DNA of 63,234 nucleotides, the filler included, from Octopus bimaculoides (Eukaryota), in the NCBI RefSeq assembly GCF_001194135.2. It is 6 parts of 5 records of this genome, joined end to end, with 100 filler letters (N's around TTAATTAATTAA, not from the genome) between each part and the next. Parts side by side here need not be neighbours in the genome. Positions count along the whole stretch, not along the records: positions 16,194 to 41,374 come from NC_068989.1; 5 more parts are not named here. One strand, given 5' to 3'. The notes beneath the pieces are model-generated. The model was given only the letters and a program-made list of their open reading frames with translations, did no database searches and was not told the origin of the DNA. Below, piece by piece: positions 27,552-41,220 of the stretch; positions within the stretch are counted from its first letter, which is position 1; each line of letters opens with the position of its first letter. Both the position numbers and the translations under genes were made by a program.

Positions 27552-28923
27552 CTAGCTAGCTAGTTAGATAGACAGACAAAGAGAAAGACAGACAGACAGA
27601 TAGACAGATAGATAGATAGACAGACAGGCAAACGAACGGACAGACTGACAGAAAGACATGCAAAAAGACAGATAGATACGCATGCATAAATATACGGCTA
27701 TATAAACGTACGCGAAAGGTATCTGTATAGACTCCAACCCACGCTGGCTGGAACCAGGTTTGGTTCGCTCGCTGTGGTCAGGTGTTGTTCTTCTATTGTT
27801 TGAATTGTTATGTCTCATTTGAAGGAAGCAGTTTCTTTTAATTATGATGTAATGTACTCATTAATCTATTTATAAAATCCGTTGGAAACAGCTGTAATGA
27901 AGTGACACTTACTAATCCCAGCATCACATTATTAATTTTTATCCTACAGTATCACACTGCAACCTCGAGGATAGGAGCCAGGATTATTGATAACTCTAAC
28001 CAACCCGATTATGCTAACAAAATTTTAGACAGATATGTATGCGGTAAAATGAAAGAAGCATTGGAAACCAAAATTTAAAAGAATCGTAATGAATATTATG
28101 TTAATAAAACATATCAATATAATAAAACACATTAACATAATATACATATTATGTTAATAAAAAACATCAATAAGAAGAGAACTAAGATCTGTCTCAATCT
28201 CTCTGTTACGGCATTTCACAATTATGCAGAAAATTACGACTCACTGTATAATTATGTGATAAGAATGACGAATCGCTTTCTCGAAACAAATAAAGTATAA
28301 ATCATGACATGCTTTGCCACTAAAAAAGTTAGGTATATAAGATATCATTTTTGTTCGACGCGAGTTTCAATATTTCAATTTGAATCCTTCTCATTCGAAA
28401 GACGCCTGCTGTTATTTCTTGTTGTTTGTATTCGTAATTCTGTGCCATGTTCTCCGTTTTGTTTTTGTTTGTTTGTGTTTTCTTTTTTGTCCTTGTTGCT
28501 ATGCACATTCGCTAACTTTCTTACAAAGGGGTCTAAGGCTCTTTTTTTTTTTTTTTGGTTGGGGGGATTACCAGATCGAACAATCTCAAGTGTAACTGTC
28601 GGAAATGGTCGTGATTTTTGGTACTTGACCGAAGAAAGAAAGCCATGAATAACCCGTCTTTTTGCTTGTCTTTCTAATTGTTGTTCCTCTTTTCTGTCTT
28701 TGTGTCTTCTATCTGCCCAAACGTTTTAATGCCCTCTATTGGGTTTTTGTCCCATATNNNNNNNNNNNNNNNNNNNNNNNNNNNNNNNNNNNNNNNNNNN
28801 NNNNNNNNNNNNNNNNNNNNNNNNNNNNNNNNNNNNNNNNNNNNNNNNNNNNNNNNNNNNNNNNNNNNNNNNNNNNNNNNNNNNNNNNNNNNNNNNNNNN
28901 NNNNNNNNNNNNNNATACAAACA

Positions 28924-29172
28924 AGTGAGGTGCAATGGCCCAGTGCTTAGGGTAGCGGACTCGCGGTTTCGATTCCCAGACCGGGCGTTGTTAGTGTTTA
29001 TTGAGTGAAAACACCTAAAGCTCCACGAGGTTCCGGCAGGGGATGGTGGCGAACCCTGCTGTACCCTTTCACCACAACTTTTTCTCACTCTTACTTCCTG
29101 TTTCTGTTGTGCCTGTAATTCAAAGGGTCAGCCTTGTCACTCTGTGTCACGCTGAATATCCCCGAGAACTAC
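28924..29172 (+). mobile_element. SINE family C, 3'-truncated
   Basis: gtgaggtgcaatggcccagtgcttagggtagcggactcgcggtttcgattcccagaccggg head. The body matches the reverse complement of 59372-59765. Confidence 0.85.
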
Positions 29173-29928
29173 TGTGAGAACAATATTTTACACTCAAATA
29201 TTTCAAAGGACAGCCCCTATGCGCGAGGGTAACCTTACCAGGATAACCCATTTCCAATACATGAACACATAGTACATAAACGTCACACAAAGAGGAAATA
29301 TTCCGCAATGACGAACTACCTCAGCACACAAGTATAAGAACAGCATGCCCAGAACAAAAACAAAATAATGCGAACAATGCAAAAAAACTGAACACAAAAA
29401 AATTTCGCCCAAAAGACAATTTCAAGGGAAACAAACATCCAAGGGATACCTTGATTCATTGATTCATTGTTTATTAACACGAATTTACGATCGAGACTGT
29501 TTTCAAAATCAGAGGTGATCACATTTCTCCATGTGATCCGCTTGAAGATTTGTTAAAAGAAGGATATTATAAGTTCATCAAAAATCATGATTGTATAGAA
29601 GTATATATACAGAAAGAATTTGTAGACAGTATTTGATAGGAGAAAGCGTGTATCGCTTAGCCAAAACTTCATCAGAAATCATATTTAAGTATTTATAAAG
29701 AATTTTAGGGGAATGACCAACATTTTTTTCTCCATCTCCAGTCTTGTATATGTATTTGGCAAGGATGGTTACTATTTTTAGAAATAGTGTGAGAGGTTGT
29801 TTGATGGGGGAAAGCATTCACATAGTTTGTGGAATCAAAAGGATTTTATTTGTTTTTGCGCTAGTCTGTCATGGTTCAGTGGTTTTTGGACTGGTCTTAG
29901 AGTTCAAGATAGTGTGAGNNNNNNNNNN

Positions 29929-29959
<31 letters not shown>

Positions 29960-30296
29960 CTTGTGTATGGGTCTGTGTATGCGTGTGATTTATATTTAGC
30001 AGGGTGGTGCGTGTATATGTGTACTCGCTTGTGTGTGTGTGTGATTTGCATTTGCGTGCTCGTGTGTGTATGGGTTTGTTCGTGTGTCTGCTTGTGTTAT
30101 AATTGTCCAGATGGTGTGTGTGTGTGCATCCGTATGTGTGAGGGTGCATATGCATGTATGGGTGTGAGTGTGTATGTGTGTGAGTGTGTTGTATTTGTTG
30201 GGGGTTCTGTGTGTGTTCGTGTGTTACGTTTATCAGTGTGGTGTGTAGGTGTGTGCGAGTGTGAGCGTGAACGTGATGTGCGTGTTTACACTGAGT

Positions 30297-30585
30297 ATGC
30301 TGCCGATTAGGTCTTTTCTCTTGAATAGCCGTGTTGAGTCGTTCCACCTGTTGAACATAGAGTTCCGCGTTCACCGTTTCATTCCGTTCAAGCAATTCGT
30401 AATGGATAATCTCTTCACAGTCCCACCATACGCAAAACATCGTTTTACCCGGATGAAAATCTTGTTTCACGCGCAGTTTACCGAGACTAAGCTTGTTTAC
30501 CGAGACTAAGCCATTCCTTACGCTGCTTCATATTGATGTACAGGCACCATTTTTCGTCGCCAGTAACGTTTTGGGCTTTGGTAAA
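30297..30585 (-). pseudogene. Mariner transposase catalytic-domain fragment
   Basis: VTGDEKWCLYINMKQRKEWLS..KQDFHPGKTMFCVWWDCEEIIHYELLERNETVNAELYVQQVERLNTAIQEKRP. Breaks into (TG)n-like sequence before the HDN motif. Has a 19-bp tandem duplication near 30476-30511. Confidence 0.9.
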
Positions 30586-32667
30586 GAAATCGCTGCTTTA
30601 AAAACGGAGAATTGTTCGAAACAAAGGAACATTTTATTTGCCGGTATGCACCAACCTGATTTTATGTTATTTTTTCTTTCACACTGCTTAACGATTCNNN
30701 NNNNNNNNNNNNNNNNNNNNNNNNNNNNNNNNNNNNNNNNNNNNNNNNNNNNNNNNNNNNNNNNNNNNNNNNNNNNNNNNNNNNNNNNNNNNNNNNNNNN
30801 NNNNNNNNNNNNNNNNNNNNNNNNNNNNNNNNNNNNNNNNNNNNNNNNNNNNNNNNNNNNNNNNNNNNNNNNNNNNNNNNNNNNNNNNNNNNNNNNNNNN
30901 NNNNNNNNNNNNNNNNNNNNNNNNNNNNNNNNNNNNNNNNNNNNNNNNNNNNNNNNNNNNNNNNNNNNNNNNNNNNNNNNNNNNNNNNNNNNNNNNNNNN
31001 NNNNNNNNNNNNNNNNNNNNNNNNNNNNNNNNNNNNNNNNNNNNNNNNNNNNNNNNNNNNNNNNNNNNNNNNNNNNNNNNNNNNNNNNNNNNNNNNNNNN
31101 NNNNNNNNNNNNNNNNNNNNNNNNNNNNNNNNNNNNNNNNNNNNNNNNNNNNNNNNNNNNNNNNNNNNNNNNNNNNNNNNNNNNNNNNNNNNNNNNNNNN
31201 NNNNNNNNNNNNNNNNNNNNNNNNNNNNNNNNNNNNNNNNNNNNNNNNNNNNNNNNNNNNNNNNNNNNNNNNNNNNNNNNNNNNNNNNNNNNNNNNNNNN
31301 NNNNNNNNNNNNNNNNNNNNNNNNNNNNNNNNNNNNNNNNNNNNNNNNNNNNNNNNNNNNNNNNNNNNNNNNNNNNNNNNNNNNNNNNNNNNNNNNNNNN
31401 NNNNNNNNNNNNNNNNNNNNNNNNNNNNNNNNNNNNNNNNNNNNNNNNNNNNNNNNNNNNNNNNNNNNNNNNNNNNNNNNNNNNNNNNNNNNNNNNNNNN
31501 NNNNNNNNNNNNNNNNNNNNNNNNNNNNNNNNNNNNNNNNNNNNNNNNNNNNNAGCAAGTATGTGTCCATATGTCTTATAATATATATATTTCACTATAT
31601 AAAGAATTGGTTATGAATCCATTTCAGAACATTATTGTCTCCTCGATATCGTTTCAATTTAGCAATTTCAAAACTAGTTTATTGTAGTTTTGTTTATAGT
31701 ATTGTTCATACTATTCATTTTAAATAACTATTTTTTGTGTTCAAACTTTTAACTCGTACTCGTTTACTAAATAATTTAAGTGACATTGATCTTTGAGAGA
31801 ATGCATTAAATTTTTGTGGTTCTTGATAACTTGCAGATGATTTTTTTATAAATTGCTTTATCTTTCGTTTTATTCCTCGATAATCTATAATGGGATTAAT
31901 AATTCACAAACATTCTGTCTCAAGTAATTGTATGTAATTTGATATTCTCAGGATATTGCCATCCAATACGCTAGCATCTAACATCAAACATGCTAATTGA
32001 AAAACGAACTGCTTCTGCAAATTATCAATTTCTTTTAACTTCTTTCTCTGCTTATTCACCATCAAAACCATTTCCATCCTCATCATGATTTTCTTTGTCT
32101 TTTATAAATTTTTCATCTCCATTTAACTTAAAATTTTCTTCAAAAATAATTCTAATTATTCTTGTTTGTTGTCTTCTCGTTTGCATCTTTCCTCTCTATT
32201 ATACGCTAAAGTTCTTTTCCAAATTTTGCTGTAATCCTTTTTGTTTGCCTTTCAACAACATGCTGTCGATGTTAGCATAGCTATATTCCTACTATAGCTC
32301 CTAATACAGTTTCGGCTTTCGTGTTATTGATGATGAGGAGGATACTAATACTACTACCGATATTTTTTTATATTCCCCACAAATTAAGGAAAAACGCAGT
32401 TACTTAAAATTGTGTGTGCATGCGAGTGTGTGGGAGGAGAGAGAGAGTAGGGAGAGTGAATGAGAGTGAGTTCAAAATTATCGATGAAAACACCAATAAC
32501 GAATATATTAAAAGCCGAGTGGAGTAATTTGATGCATACTGACATTAAGTGGGAGTGTCTATGTCGTTCTGAGGGCAGGCTATTTTTCAGACAGCTTGAT
32601 TTTTAGAACGAAACATGATAGAAGAAAGAATGAATATATGAGCATTCTGTAAATGTATAAATTGTTC

Positions 32668-33272
32668 TATGGTGAGAAGCTTGCTTCCCAACCACATGGT
32701 TCCGAGTTCAATCCCAAGTGACTTCTACTATAGCCTTAGGCTGACCAAAGACTTGTGAGTGAATTTCGTAGACGGAAACTGAAAGAAGTCCTTCGTATAT
32801 ACATATCTGTGTGTGTGTGTGCGTGCGTGTGTGTGTATGTGCGTCTGTGTGTGTGTTTGTGTGTCTGTATGTGTGTCTCTGTGTATTTATGTGTTTATTT
32901 ATGTGTGTGTATCCTAGTGTCCGTTTTTGTCCTACCATTGCTTGATGCTGGAGCACCTATTAAGGCGGCATTTCAACATGGTTGCAATCAAATGACTGAA
33001 ACTAGTAAAAAAAAAGAAAAGAATAAAAGAAGTTATATATATATGTGTGTATATGTGTCTGTGTCTGTCCCCCACCACCGCTTGACAACCGGTGTTCTTG
33101 TGTTTGCATCCCCATAAGCTAGTGGTTTAGGAAAAGAGAAGCGATCGAATAAGTACCAGACTACTAAAAATGTACTGGGACCGATTCATTAGACTAAAAT
33201 TCTTGAATGTTGTGCCCCAGCATGGACGTTGTCTAATGACTGAATCAAGTAAAAAACAAAAGAATAAAAGAA
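32668..33272 (+). mobile_element. Two adjacent SINE family A copies (deleted copy plus 3' half)
   Basis: Head at 32668, first tail ending ~33030, second body and tail at 33050-33272. Confidence 0.8.
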
Positions 33273-33308
<36 letters not shown>

Positions 33309-34505
33309 NNNNNNNNNNNNNNNNNNNNNNNNNNNNNNNNNNNNNNNNNNNNNNNNNNNNNNNNNNNNNNNNNNNNNNNNNNNNNNNNNNNNNNNNNNNN
33401 NNNNNNNNNNNNNNNNNNNNNNNNNNNNNNNNNNNNNNNNNNNNNNNNNNNNNNNNNNNNNNNNNNNNNNNNNNNNNNNNNNNNNNNNNNNNNNNNNNNN
33501 NNNNNNNNNNNNNNNNNNNNNNNNNNNNNNNNNNNNNNNNNNNNNNNNNNNNNNNNNNNNNNNNNNNNNNNNNNNNNNNNNNNNNNNNNNNNNNNNNNNN
33601 NNNNNNNNNNNNNNNNNNNNNNNNNNNNNNNNNNNNNNNNNNNNNNNNNNNNNNNNNNNNNNNNNNNNNNNNNNNNNATATATATATATATATAATGTAC
33701 TTGTATCTATACATATATTATATGAATACACACACTGTCATAGAAAATACAACAAAGCTTACTTCACCTGGTGAGAAATAAACATTATTTATTTAAAGGA
33801 CACAATATTTGTCTAAGTGCTACTAATAGTTTCATATGTTGAGAAATATCTCAATCATAATCACGAGACACAAACCGCATATCGTAACGAACTGAAAAAC
33901 TTGAATAAGGGAAGAAACGCGAAAAACCTTAGAAGGCAGCAAATAGAAAATGCGGAACGTTAAAAAATAAAAACAAAAAACGGAGAACGAAAACACAAAA
34001 ACTAAAATGTAAAACGAGAAAATTTAAAGAGTTAAAAGAGTTATCTCCCTTAGACCTCAAATTATAGAGCTGGAAAGGTATCATGAAGTCAATCAGGAAT
34101 AGGCGGGATTTTCTAATTCTTCAAAATATATTTATACATATACTTTCAACTGCCGAAAATTTCAAGCTTAGAGTTCAGTAGAGAGTTAGTGAGCTTAGAT
34201 GTGAAAAGGAGTTTTGCTCGCTTAGCTAAACAAAGCCCACATTTATTCTCTTTATTATATATATCTCTTTATGAGCCATATATACGCTTAACCTGAACAA
34301 GTCATTTCCAACCTATACTGCCGAATTGAATGGAGATCCGAAAAAATGTATCTCAATTGGACTCAACATTCTGACTCTCTCAGCAGCCCGGTGACTCAAT
34401 TACAACGCCGCTCAAAGAAACTCTATTTACTTTCTTTCTATTGTTAAACAACAGGCAACTGAAACAGTCATTTCACTATAATGGTGAATTTATATTTTCA
34501 ACAGT

Positions 34506-34799
34506 TCAGAAACTGTCTGAAAGCCTATTCTTCCCTTTAAAGTTAGAAAATATTTTAAGCCTAAGCAACTGTTGTTTCTCTCTAAACACGCCCCGGAATT
34601 CTACCATATCTGGAATGACGTTTCTAAAATTAGTTAATACGCTCCATGTCGTATCCAAAAATATCCATTCCATTGATTGAAAAGTACTCATTCGCTGATA
34701 TTTCGAGCATTTGTCCAATAGCACACATTCTTCCCCATACCTCAATGCCAACCCTACATCTCCATTTCTATAAATTGTCTTCAATTCTCTGGAGGCCAT
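34506..34799 (-). CDS. Unassigned 97-aa ORF (MASRELKTIYRNGDVGLALRYGEECVLLDKC...)
   Basis: Non-repetitive sequence, ttcaaaATGG start context, protein-like composition. No family recognised. Confidence 0.2.
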   Translation of the reverse strand: MASRELKTIYRNGDVGLALRYGEECVLLDKCSKYQRMSTFQSMEWIFLDTTWSVLTNFRNVIPDMVEFRGVFREKQQLLRLKIFSNFKGKNRLSDSF

Positions 34800-35169
34800 T
34801 TTGAAAAATATAAATATTGTTTTCAATGAATCGTATGTTCGGCTATACACATACATAAAGACAGACCTGCACACATATGCATAAAGATATATATATATAT
34901 AAATACATATACATACATATATATNNNNNNNNNNNNNNNNNNNNNNNNNNNNNNNNNNNNNNNNNNNNNNNNNNNNNNNNNNNNNNNNNNNNNNNNNNNN
35001 NNNNNNNNNNNNNNNNNNNNNNNNNNNNNNNNNNNNNNNNNNNNNNNNNNNNNNNNNNNNNNNNNNNNNNNNNNNNNNNNNNNNNNNNATATAATTGATT
35101 TAGGCACCAGCAGTAACCAAAAGTATGTATATACATTGCGTTACGGTCAGGTTACAGACCTAAGTGCAG

Positions 35170-35830
35170 GTTATACTGTTCTAGAAGGGAAACGAAGGAC
35201 AGCGTATACAAGCGACTGTAGGATTGCCCCCCAAAAAAGTTGAGCGACTTACCACACGGTATTACCAAGAGATTTATGGTTCTGTGTATGAAATTAAGAG
35301 TTGATCACGATTTGACAATTACAAGTACATATGCACTGAATGTAGATAGCAGGGAAGAAGCAAAACATGAATTTTATTAAGCTTTAAAAGACTGTTTGCA
35401 TTATATAACCAATTTTGAAGAAGTTATTTTGATTGGTGACTTTAATGCTACAGTTGGAAAGGAAACACATGAAAATATCTTGGAAGGTATGAGGTTGAGA
35501 AAATGAACAATGGCAGTTTGTTACTCCTTCAATTTTTCCCAGAGATGAACTTATGTATAGCAAGTACCCAGTTTAAGCATAAAGAATGTGTTGTTACCAC
35601 ATGGATGCATCCTCGATCCAAACAGTAGCATCTAATGATGTTAGGCAAGGAGATATAAAAGATGCACTTAATGTGTTTTCCTTAAAATGAGCCAACTGTT
35701 GGTCAGATCACGCACTTCTTAGAGCAAAATTTAAAATGACAATACATACCAGGTACAGACGGTCTTAAAATAAAACCTTACCACGCATTAATGTAGGAAA
35801 CCTTAAGTATCTTGGTGTGCAAAACGTTTT
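35170..35830 (+). pseudogene. Degenerate RTE-clade LINE apurinic-type endonuclease
   Basis: ILIGDFNATVGKE, NLCIASTQFKHK..TTWMHPRSKQ and CWSDHALLRAK are RTE APE motifs. Confidence 0.8.
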
Positions 35831-36639
35831 CTATGAACAGTTTTCTCTAATTCAGAATCGATCTTCAAAGGATGAACTACAAAACACGTTATAAATCACT
35901 TATGAAATCCTTGGTCTTTAAAACGCTGATAATCAAGGTTGCTATATGAGCATAACTGCGCTCAGAAAATCCCTTTTTCAGAATAATTTATGCTCTATTA
36001 GACAAAAAAAAATTACGACATTTCTTTTTTCATGTATCAAGCAACTTACGAAAGCATTAGAAAAAGAAAATTAAATTCATAGAGCCGAACAAAATCAAAA
36101 ATATTAATTTTATTTTTTCCTTTTACTTTTTACTTTCCTACAATATAATTAATTATCGTATCCTATATACTGTGTCCTTGCATATTAGGTGAGTATTTCA
36201 GAAATATTTTCACCTTAAAAAAAAACTGCCTAATACATTCGTATATGTTTTTCATTTGAAACTCTCTGAATCATTTTGGAGATTTATTGCTTTAATAACA
36301 AGTTTTAAAATATAGATAATCGCGTGAAGAACGCAGCACGAGAGAAACCGCGTGGAAGGAGAGAACGGCTACGCAAGGAACACCGGGAGAGAAGAAACGA
36401 AATAAGCCAAGAGTAGAGGGAACGCATCCTACGCCATAGGAGGGAAATTAATCAGCAAAGGAAAGAACAAATGAGGCAGGACCAAAGGGAAGTGAATTTT
36501 GAAAATAAGAGACATAGAGATTAACAGAATCGAGAATACATGAGTCAAGAGTAAAGGCAGCTGTACTTAGAAAATACGAGAAAGAAAGCTGGATCTCTAT
36601 CCGCATACCAGCACACAACAAGCCAGCATCACCACCACC

Positions 36640-36945
36640 TCGAAGCCCGTCGTACATATATATATATATATATAAATATAGATAGATACATAGATTGATA
36701 GATGTGTGCGTGTGTTTGTACATGTGTATATATTTATGTGTGTATGTTTGTGTCTGTGTGTGTCCCCCGCCACCATTGCTTGACAACTGATGTTGGTGTG
36801 TTTGCGTCCCAGTAACTTAGCTGTACAGCAGAAAACACTGATAGACTAAGCAGCGGGCTTACAGGGGTCAATTTCTTCGAATAAAGGGTGGTGCTCCTGT
36901 ATGGCCACCGCCAAATGACTGAAACAAGTAAAAAAATAAAGAAAT
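36640..36945 (+). mobile_element. SINE family A, 3' portion
   Basis: aagcccgtcgta, microsatellite, ttgcttgacaactgatgttggtgtgttt..aaatgactgaaacaagtaaaa. Confidence 0.8.
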
Positions 36946-37074
36946 ACGAGAAAAACGTTCCGTGCCATTCAGTGTTCTCTGAATATATACGATGTATTTT
37001 AACTGGTTGGATTATATAGTTATCGGTTTTACAGTTCAATCTATATTCTGTAACTGTCGCAATATACTTTTTTA

Positions 37075-37275
37075 CTATAGGCACAAGTGCTGAAATTTTG
37101 TGAGGGAGGGGGCCAGTCGATTAGATCATCCCCAGTACGCAACTGGTACTTAATTTATCGACCCCCCAAACGATGAAAGGCAAAGTGGGCCTCGGCAGAA
37201 TTTGAACTCAGAACGTAAAGACAGACGAAATACCGCTACGCATTTTTCCCGGCGTGCTAAAGATTCTACTACCTC
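37075..37275 (-). mobile_element. SINE family B
   Basis: Nearly full copy: ggcacaag..agtcgattagatcatccccagtac..gatgaaaggcaaagt..tttgaactcagaacgtaaagac..cggcgtgctaa. Confidence 0.9.
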
Positions 37276-37387
37276 ACGTCTTCTAACTGTCACAATATTG
37301 AAACATTTCTCATGGCACCAGCACACAATTTACAGATGCTTAAATATTTTGTATTCTTCGTGAAAGTTTCAGGGATCCACCTTGTTT

Positions 37388-37411
37388 TTATTATTATTAT
37401 CATTATCATCA

Positions 37412-37446
<35 letters not shown>

Positions 37447-37467
37447 TTTTTTTTTTTTTTTTTTTTT

Positions 37468-37514
<47 letters not shown>

Positions 37515-37518
37515 ACTA
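37388..37518. repeat. (ATT)n-T19-(TTG)n block at the 3' end of the Dong-like element
   Basis: Direct reading. Confidence 0.9.
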
Positions 37519-40500
37519 TTCAGGTACACTCAAACATTTTAGACTCTCGGAAAAGAAAAGAAACAAGTTGCCTTAGATGCCAAGAACCCTCCTAAGTATC
37601 CTAGCTGCCCCTAACAACACTGTTTCCTGCAGCTGTACTAAACTGGTTTTTATTTCCTCTATCCACAAAGCAGATTAGACTGTTGGAAACGAAAAATTCC
37701 TAACAACGGGCTATAACATGTAAACCTAGATGCCAAGAACCCTCCTAAGTATCCTAGCAGTCCCCAAGAACACTGTTTTATGTCTATTTTCTCTATGCAC
37801 CACTTCAAATCTCTAGGGATAGATCCTAATGTACTAATAACTACCGAGATACATTTTCCAGAACTTTCCATAGTCTCTTAAATTAAATGGCTAGGTTCTG
37901 CTACTTTACTATTTTTTCTATACCTCTCATATTGCTTTTTTCATCATTTAGGACTGTAAAGTCAATTATGTGGCACTTTCGTTTTTCTTTACTACTACCA
38001 AATGCAGCCTTCTAGCTTCTATTACACTTTCAGTCTGAATGTTAAAGTCCCACAACATCTTGTACTTCTTACTATCTAGTACTTTACTAGGCTCATGTTC
38101 ATACCATATACCAGTGTGTTCACATCCTAGCTTTCTACAAAGCTCCGGGTGGATGGTTCTCCCTAGATTGTCATGTCTTTTCTTTTATTCTTTCTGTTCC
38201 AGCATGCTACATTCACTTACTATAACGGTTTGCATAATCTACATTGGGAATCTACTTGGATTTTGTGTACCTTGGCTTTTATACAATTCTTGCTTAATGC
38301 TTGATCTTGTGCAGCTACCAATAAACTTTCTGTCTTGCTCTTCAGTTTACCATTCTGCAGCCATAACCCTATTTCACTACTATTATTTGCTGCAACTATC
38401 TTTGGGAATCTTCTATACAACGCCTTCTTCTGCCAGTCAGATAATTTCTGTTATTTTCTTTTGGTTTTTAACTTCGTTGAAACCAAAAGGTTTCCCTATG
38501 TCTTGCTTCGACATTAGCAGCTTTCAATAAACTTTCTTCACTATAACCTACATAGGAGTCTATATCTACTCTAGCTAACTCCACGCAGTCTTCCACTGAT
38601 ATTAACCCTCTTCCACCTTCCTTTCTATGTAGATATAGTCTTGCTACTCCTGCCCTTGGGTGGAGTGCACCATTTATATTGAATTCCCTCCTAGTTCTTC
38701 TGTCTAGCTTTGCTCGTTAAGTTTTGGTCCAATCTACAGAATCTGCTGAATATGTAAGTAATGATAATGCCAAAGTATTTACAGCTTTCACTAGATCAGG
38801 GCCATTTAGCTTTGAATTCATTAGCTACCGTAACTTTCTGATGTACTCCTTCTCAATTTTCGTTTTCATTTCTATAGTACTTTGTCAGATTCTAATACAT
38901 GCTTATAACTCTCTCCTCCTTTCAATGATTTTACTGTCTGACCATCTGATAATTGCAGGCCTGCACTGTTGACGACCTGTCTCTTCCCATGACTAATATT
39001 GCACATTTAACTATGCCAAATTCCATGCCTGTATCTTTGCTGCAGAGTCTTTCAGTCTGCATTAAGGAATCTATCTCTTTTTCATTCTCACTAAAAAAAT
39101 TTCAGATCGTCCATTTAGAGCAAATGTTCCATTTCTGAATTGACACCCTGCATTTTCCCTTGATTAATACTAAACTAAGGGGGATCAAACATAAAATTAA
39201 TATTAAAGGGAATAACGAGTCCTTCTGGAGAATTCATCTTTTGATATGAACTATCCCTATGCTGTGTCACCTGAGTATAGATCTACTTTCCATTACTTCA
39301 TGCTACAGCTAATTAATTCCCTTATGTTGTCTGCAATACAGAGCATACTCAAACATTCATTTATCCATGAGTGTGGGATCATGTCATAGGCTTTCGTATA
39401 ATCTTTCCATGCTATTGTTAGATCTTCCAGCCTTCTCCCACCAACCTTTCTGTTCTTCTGGTAGTAAATTCTGGTTGTCAAGATGCTCGAAAATGCTTTT
39501 TGAAAGCATTCATGTTAACATCTTCCACACTAATGGTAAGCAAATGATTGACGTTGTTCCCCCAGCCTCTAATATAAGTTGCTGAGTTTCTTTAGCCTGT
39601 ATCCTTGAACTAAATCTGGTCCTGGGCCCTTCCATTTTGGCATTTTTCCTAACACTTTACTCATTAATGCACTAGTTAATCTTAGATCTGGCTGCTTCTC
39701 ATTCACTACTTCTTCCTTCACTTTATTTAACCATACTGCATCTCCATTATGATTGACTGGTTTATCTCAAATATTATTCCAGAACTTTCTAGCTTCCTTT
39801 GCATTAGGTTTCTCATCTTCAGTACTTCGTTCTCCACTTTTTTTTTTTTTGTTACAAAATTTCTCTGGTTTGTCTCAAATAATCTATTCTGTTGATACTG
39901 ATCTATTTTTTCTGATATCTGTACAGCTTGCTTGCTACTGCTATGATACTGCTGTGATATGTTTCAACTCTTCTATTACTGCCCCAAATCCTATCTGTTT
40001 GACTATCTTTTCTCGAGGGAAAATTTGCACCTTGTGTTTCCTAATTTATCAGTTTGCAGGTTTCTGTTCTACTCAGATCTTGTTTAAATTCACCACTTTA
40101 TTTTGTTACCTCCTTTTCCACATTTTCTCCTTTTTAATCTTTCCCTGTGAGACATATAATCTTCTGGTGACTACTACCCCTCCTGCATAGATCAATAAGT
40201 TAGTGTCTATCCTACAGATAACAGAATCGTCTTTCCTAGTTATTTCTAGTAGCTTCCTTCTGTTAGTGCCTCATAATGCTGGAAATCTTTTTCTTACTTC
40301 TTTACTCATTATTTCCTGGAACTCATCTAAAGTTTTCTAATCATCCTCACTTAAATCACTTAAGTTCCTTATTCGTAGCGCTATTATTAATTTTTGCCTT
40401 TAGGTTCTTCTTTAGTTTAAGCTGTGTTTTTTATGTTGTTGTTTGTCTTTCCTACTGCCTGGTCTTTCTTTTCCAGTTTTCTTGTGATCTCTTCTTTCTC

Positions 40501-41220
40501 CAATTCTGTCATCCACTTTCTTCTAATGGCATTAGCTTTATCAACTAATTTCTGCCCAGTCACTTTAAACATACCCTTCTCTACCTAAAGTATTAACATT
40601 CGTTTTCTATAACTCCATCTTTTAGGTTCAATTTCTAAGTATTAATAGCACTGCATGACTATCCTGTTTTCTTCGCTGGTCCACTTCCTTCTCTTGACTC
40701 TATTGTCTGCTGATGCTGTTTTAGGATGACATTTGTGGTCAGTGTGCACCTTTACGGAACCACTGCCGAGCGAGAGACCTTTCCTTAAATGTCCAGCTTC
40801 ATAGCAGCTGTTACCCCCAGACTTCCATCGGAAACTCCTGTATCTCATAAACTGAGGTAAGGTAATGTTCGTCACCAACCTCATCACTACGGTCTGTTTT
40901 TTGTATGGGGTTTGGTTTGAGTCTTCTGGTGTATTAGATTTTGCTTTGTGTGTTGCTTGTGCAGCGCAGGTTTTGTTCTTCTGTCGGGTATCGCCCTTCT
41001 ATGACACATTTGGACTTTGTTCATTTTGTTGGATATTTATGTTATGAATTTATTCCTTTATATTTTTGAAGGTGTGTTGCATAGTAGTCTGTGTAAATCA
41101 CGGTTATCTGTCCATCGATTTTTCTCTTTTAGTTGATTTTGTAATGGTTTCCGTTTTTACAGAGTTTACTTTTTTAATTGAACACCTCCCTCGGACATGT
41201 GTTGATGCTTCTTTCGTAGT
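37519..41220 (-). mobile_element. Near full-length (~3.7 kb) degenerate Dong/R4-like non-LTR retrotransposon
   Basis: Collinear motifs RRKWTSEENRIVMQCY; WKGPGPD.VQGY; AWKDYTKAYDMIPHSWI; LHPRAGVARLYL.RKEGGRGL; LKSKTESLLVAAQDQAL..CRLC; RHDN; LWDFNIQT; VVISTLGSIP. Many frameshifts; the 5' boundary is approximate. Confidence 0.9.

Noticed and set aside
29175-29560. Possible fourth Dong-like RT relic (IFQ.DS-like string)
   Set aside because: Only one short motif is recognisable, which is insufficient for a call.
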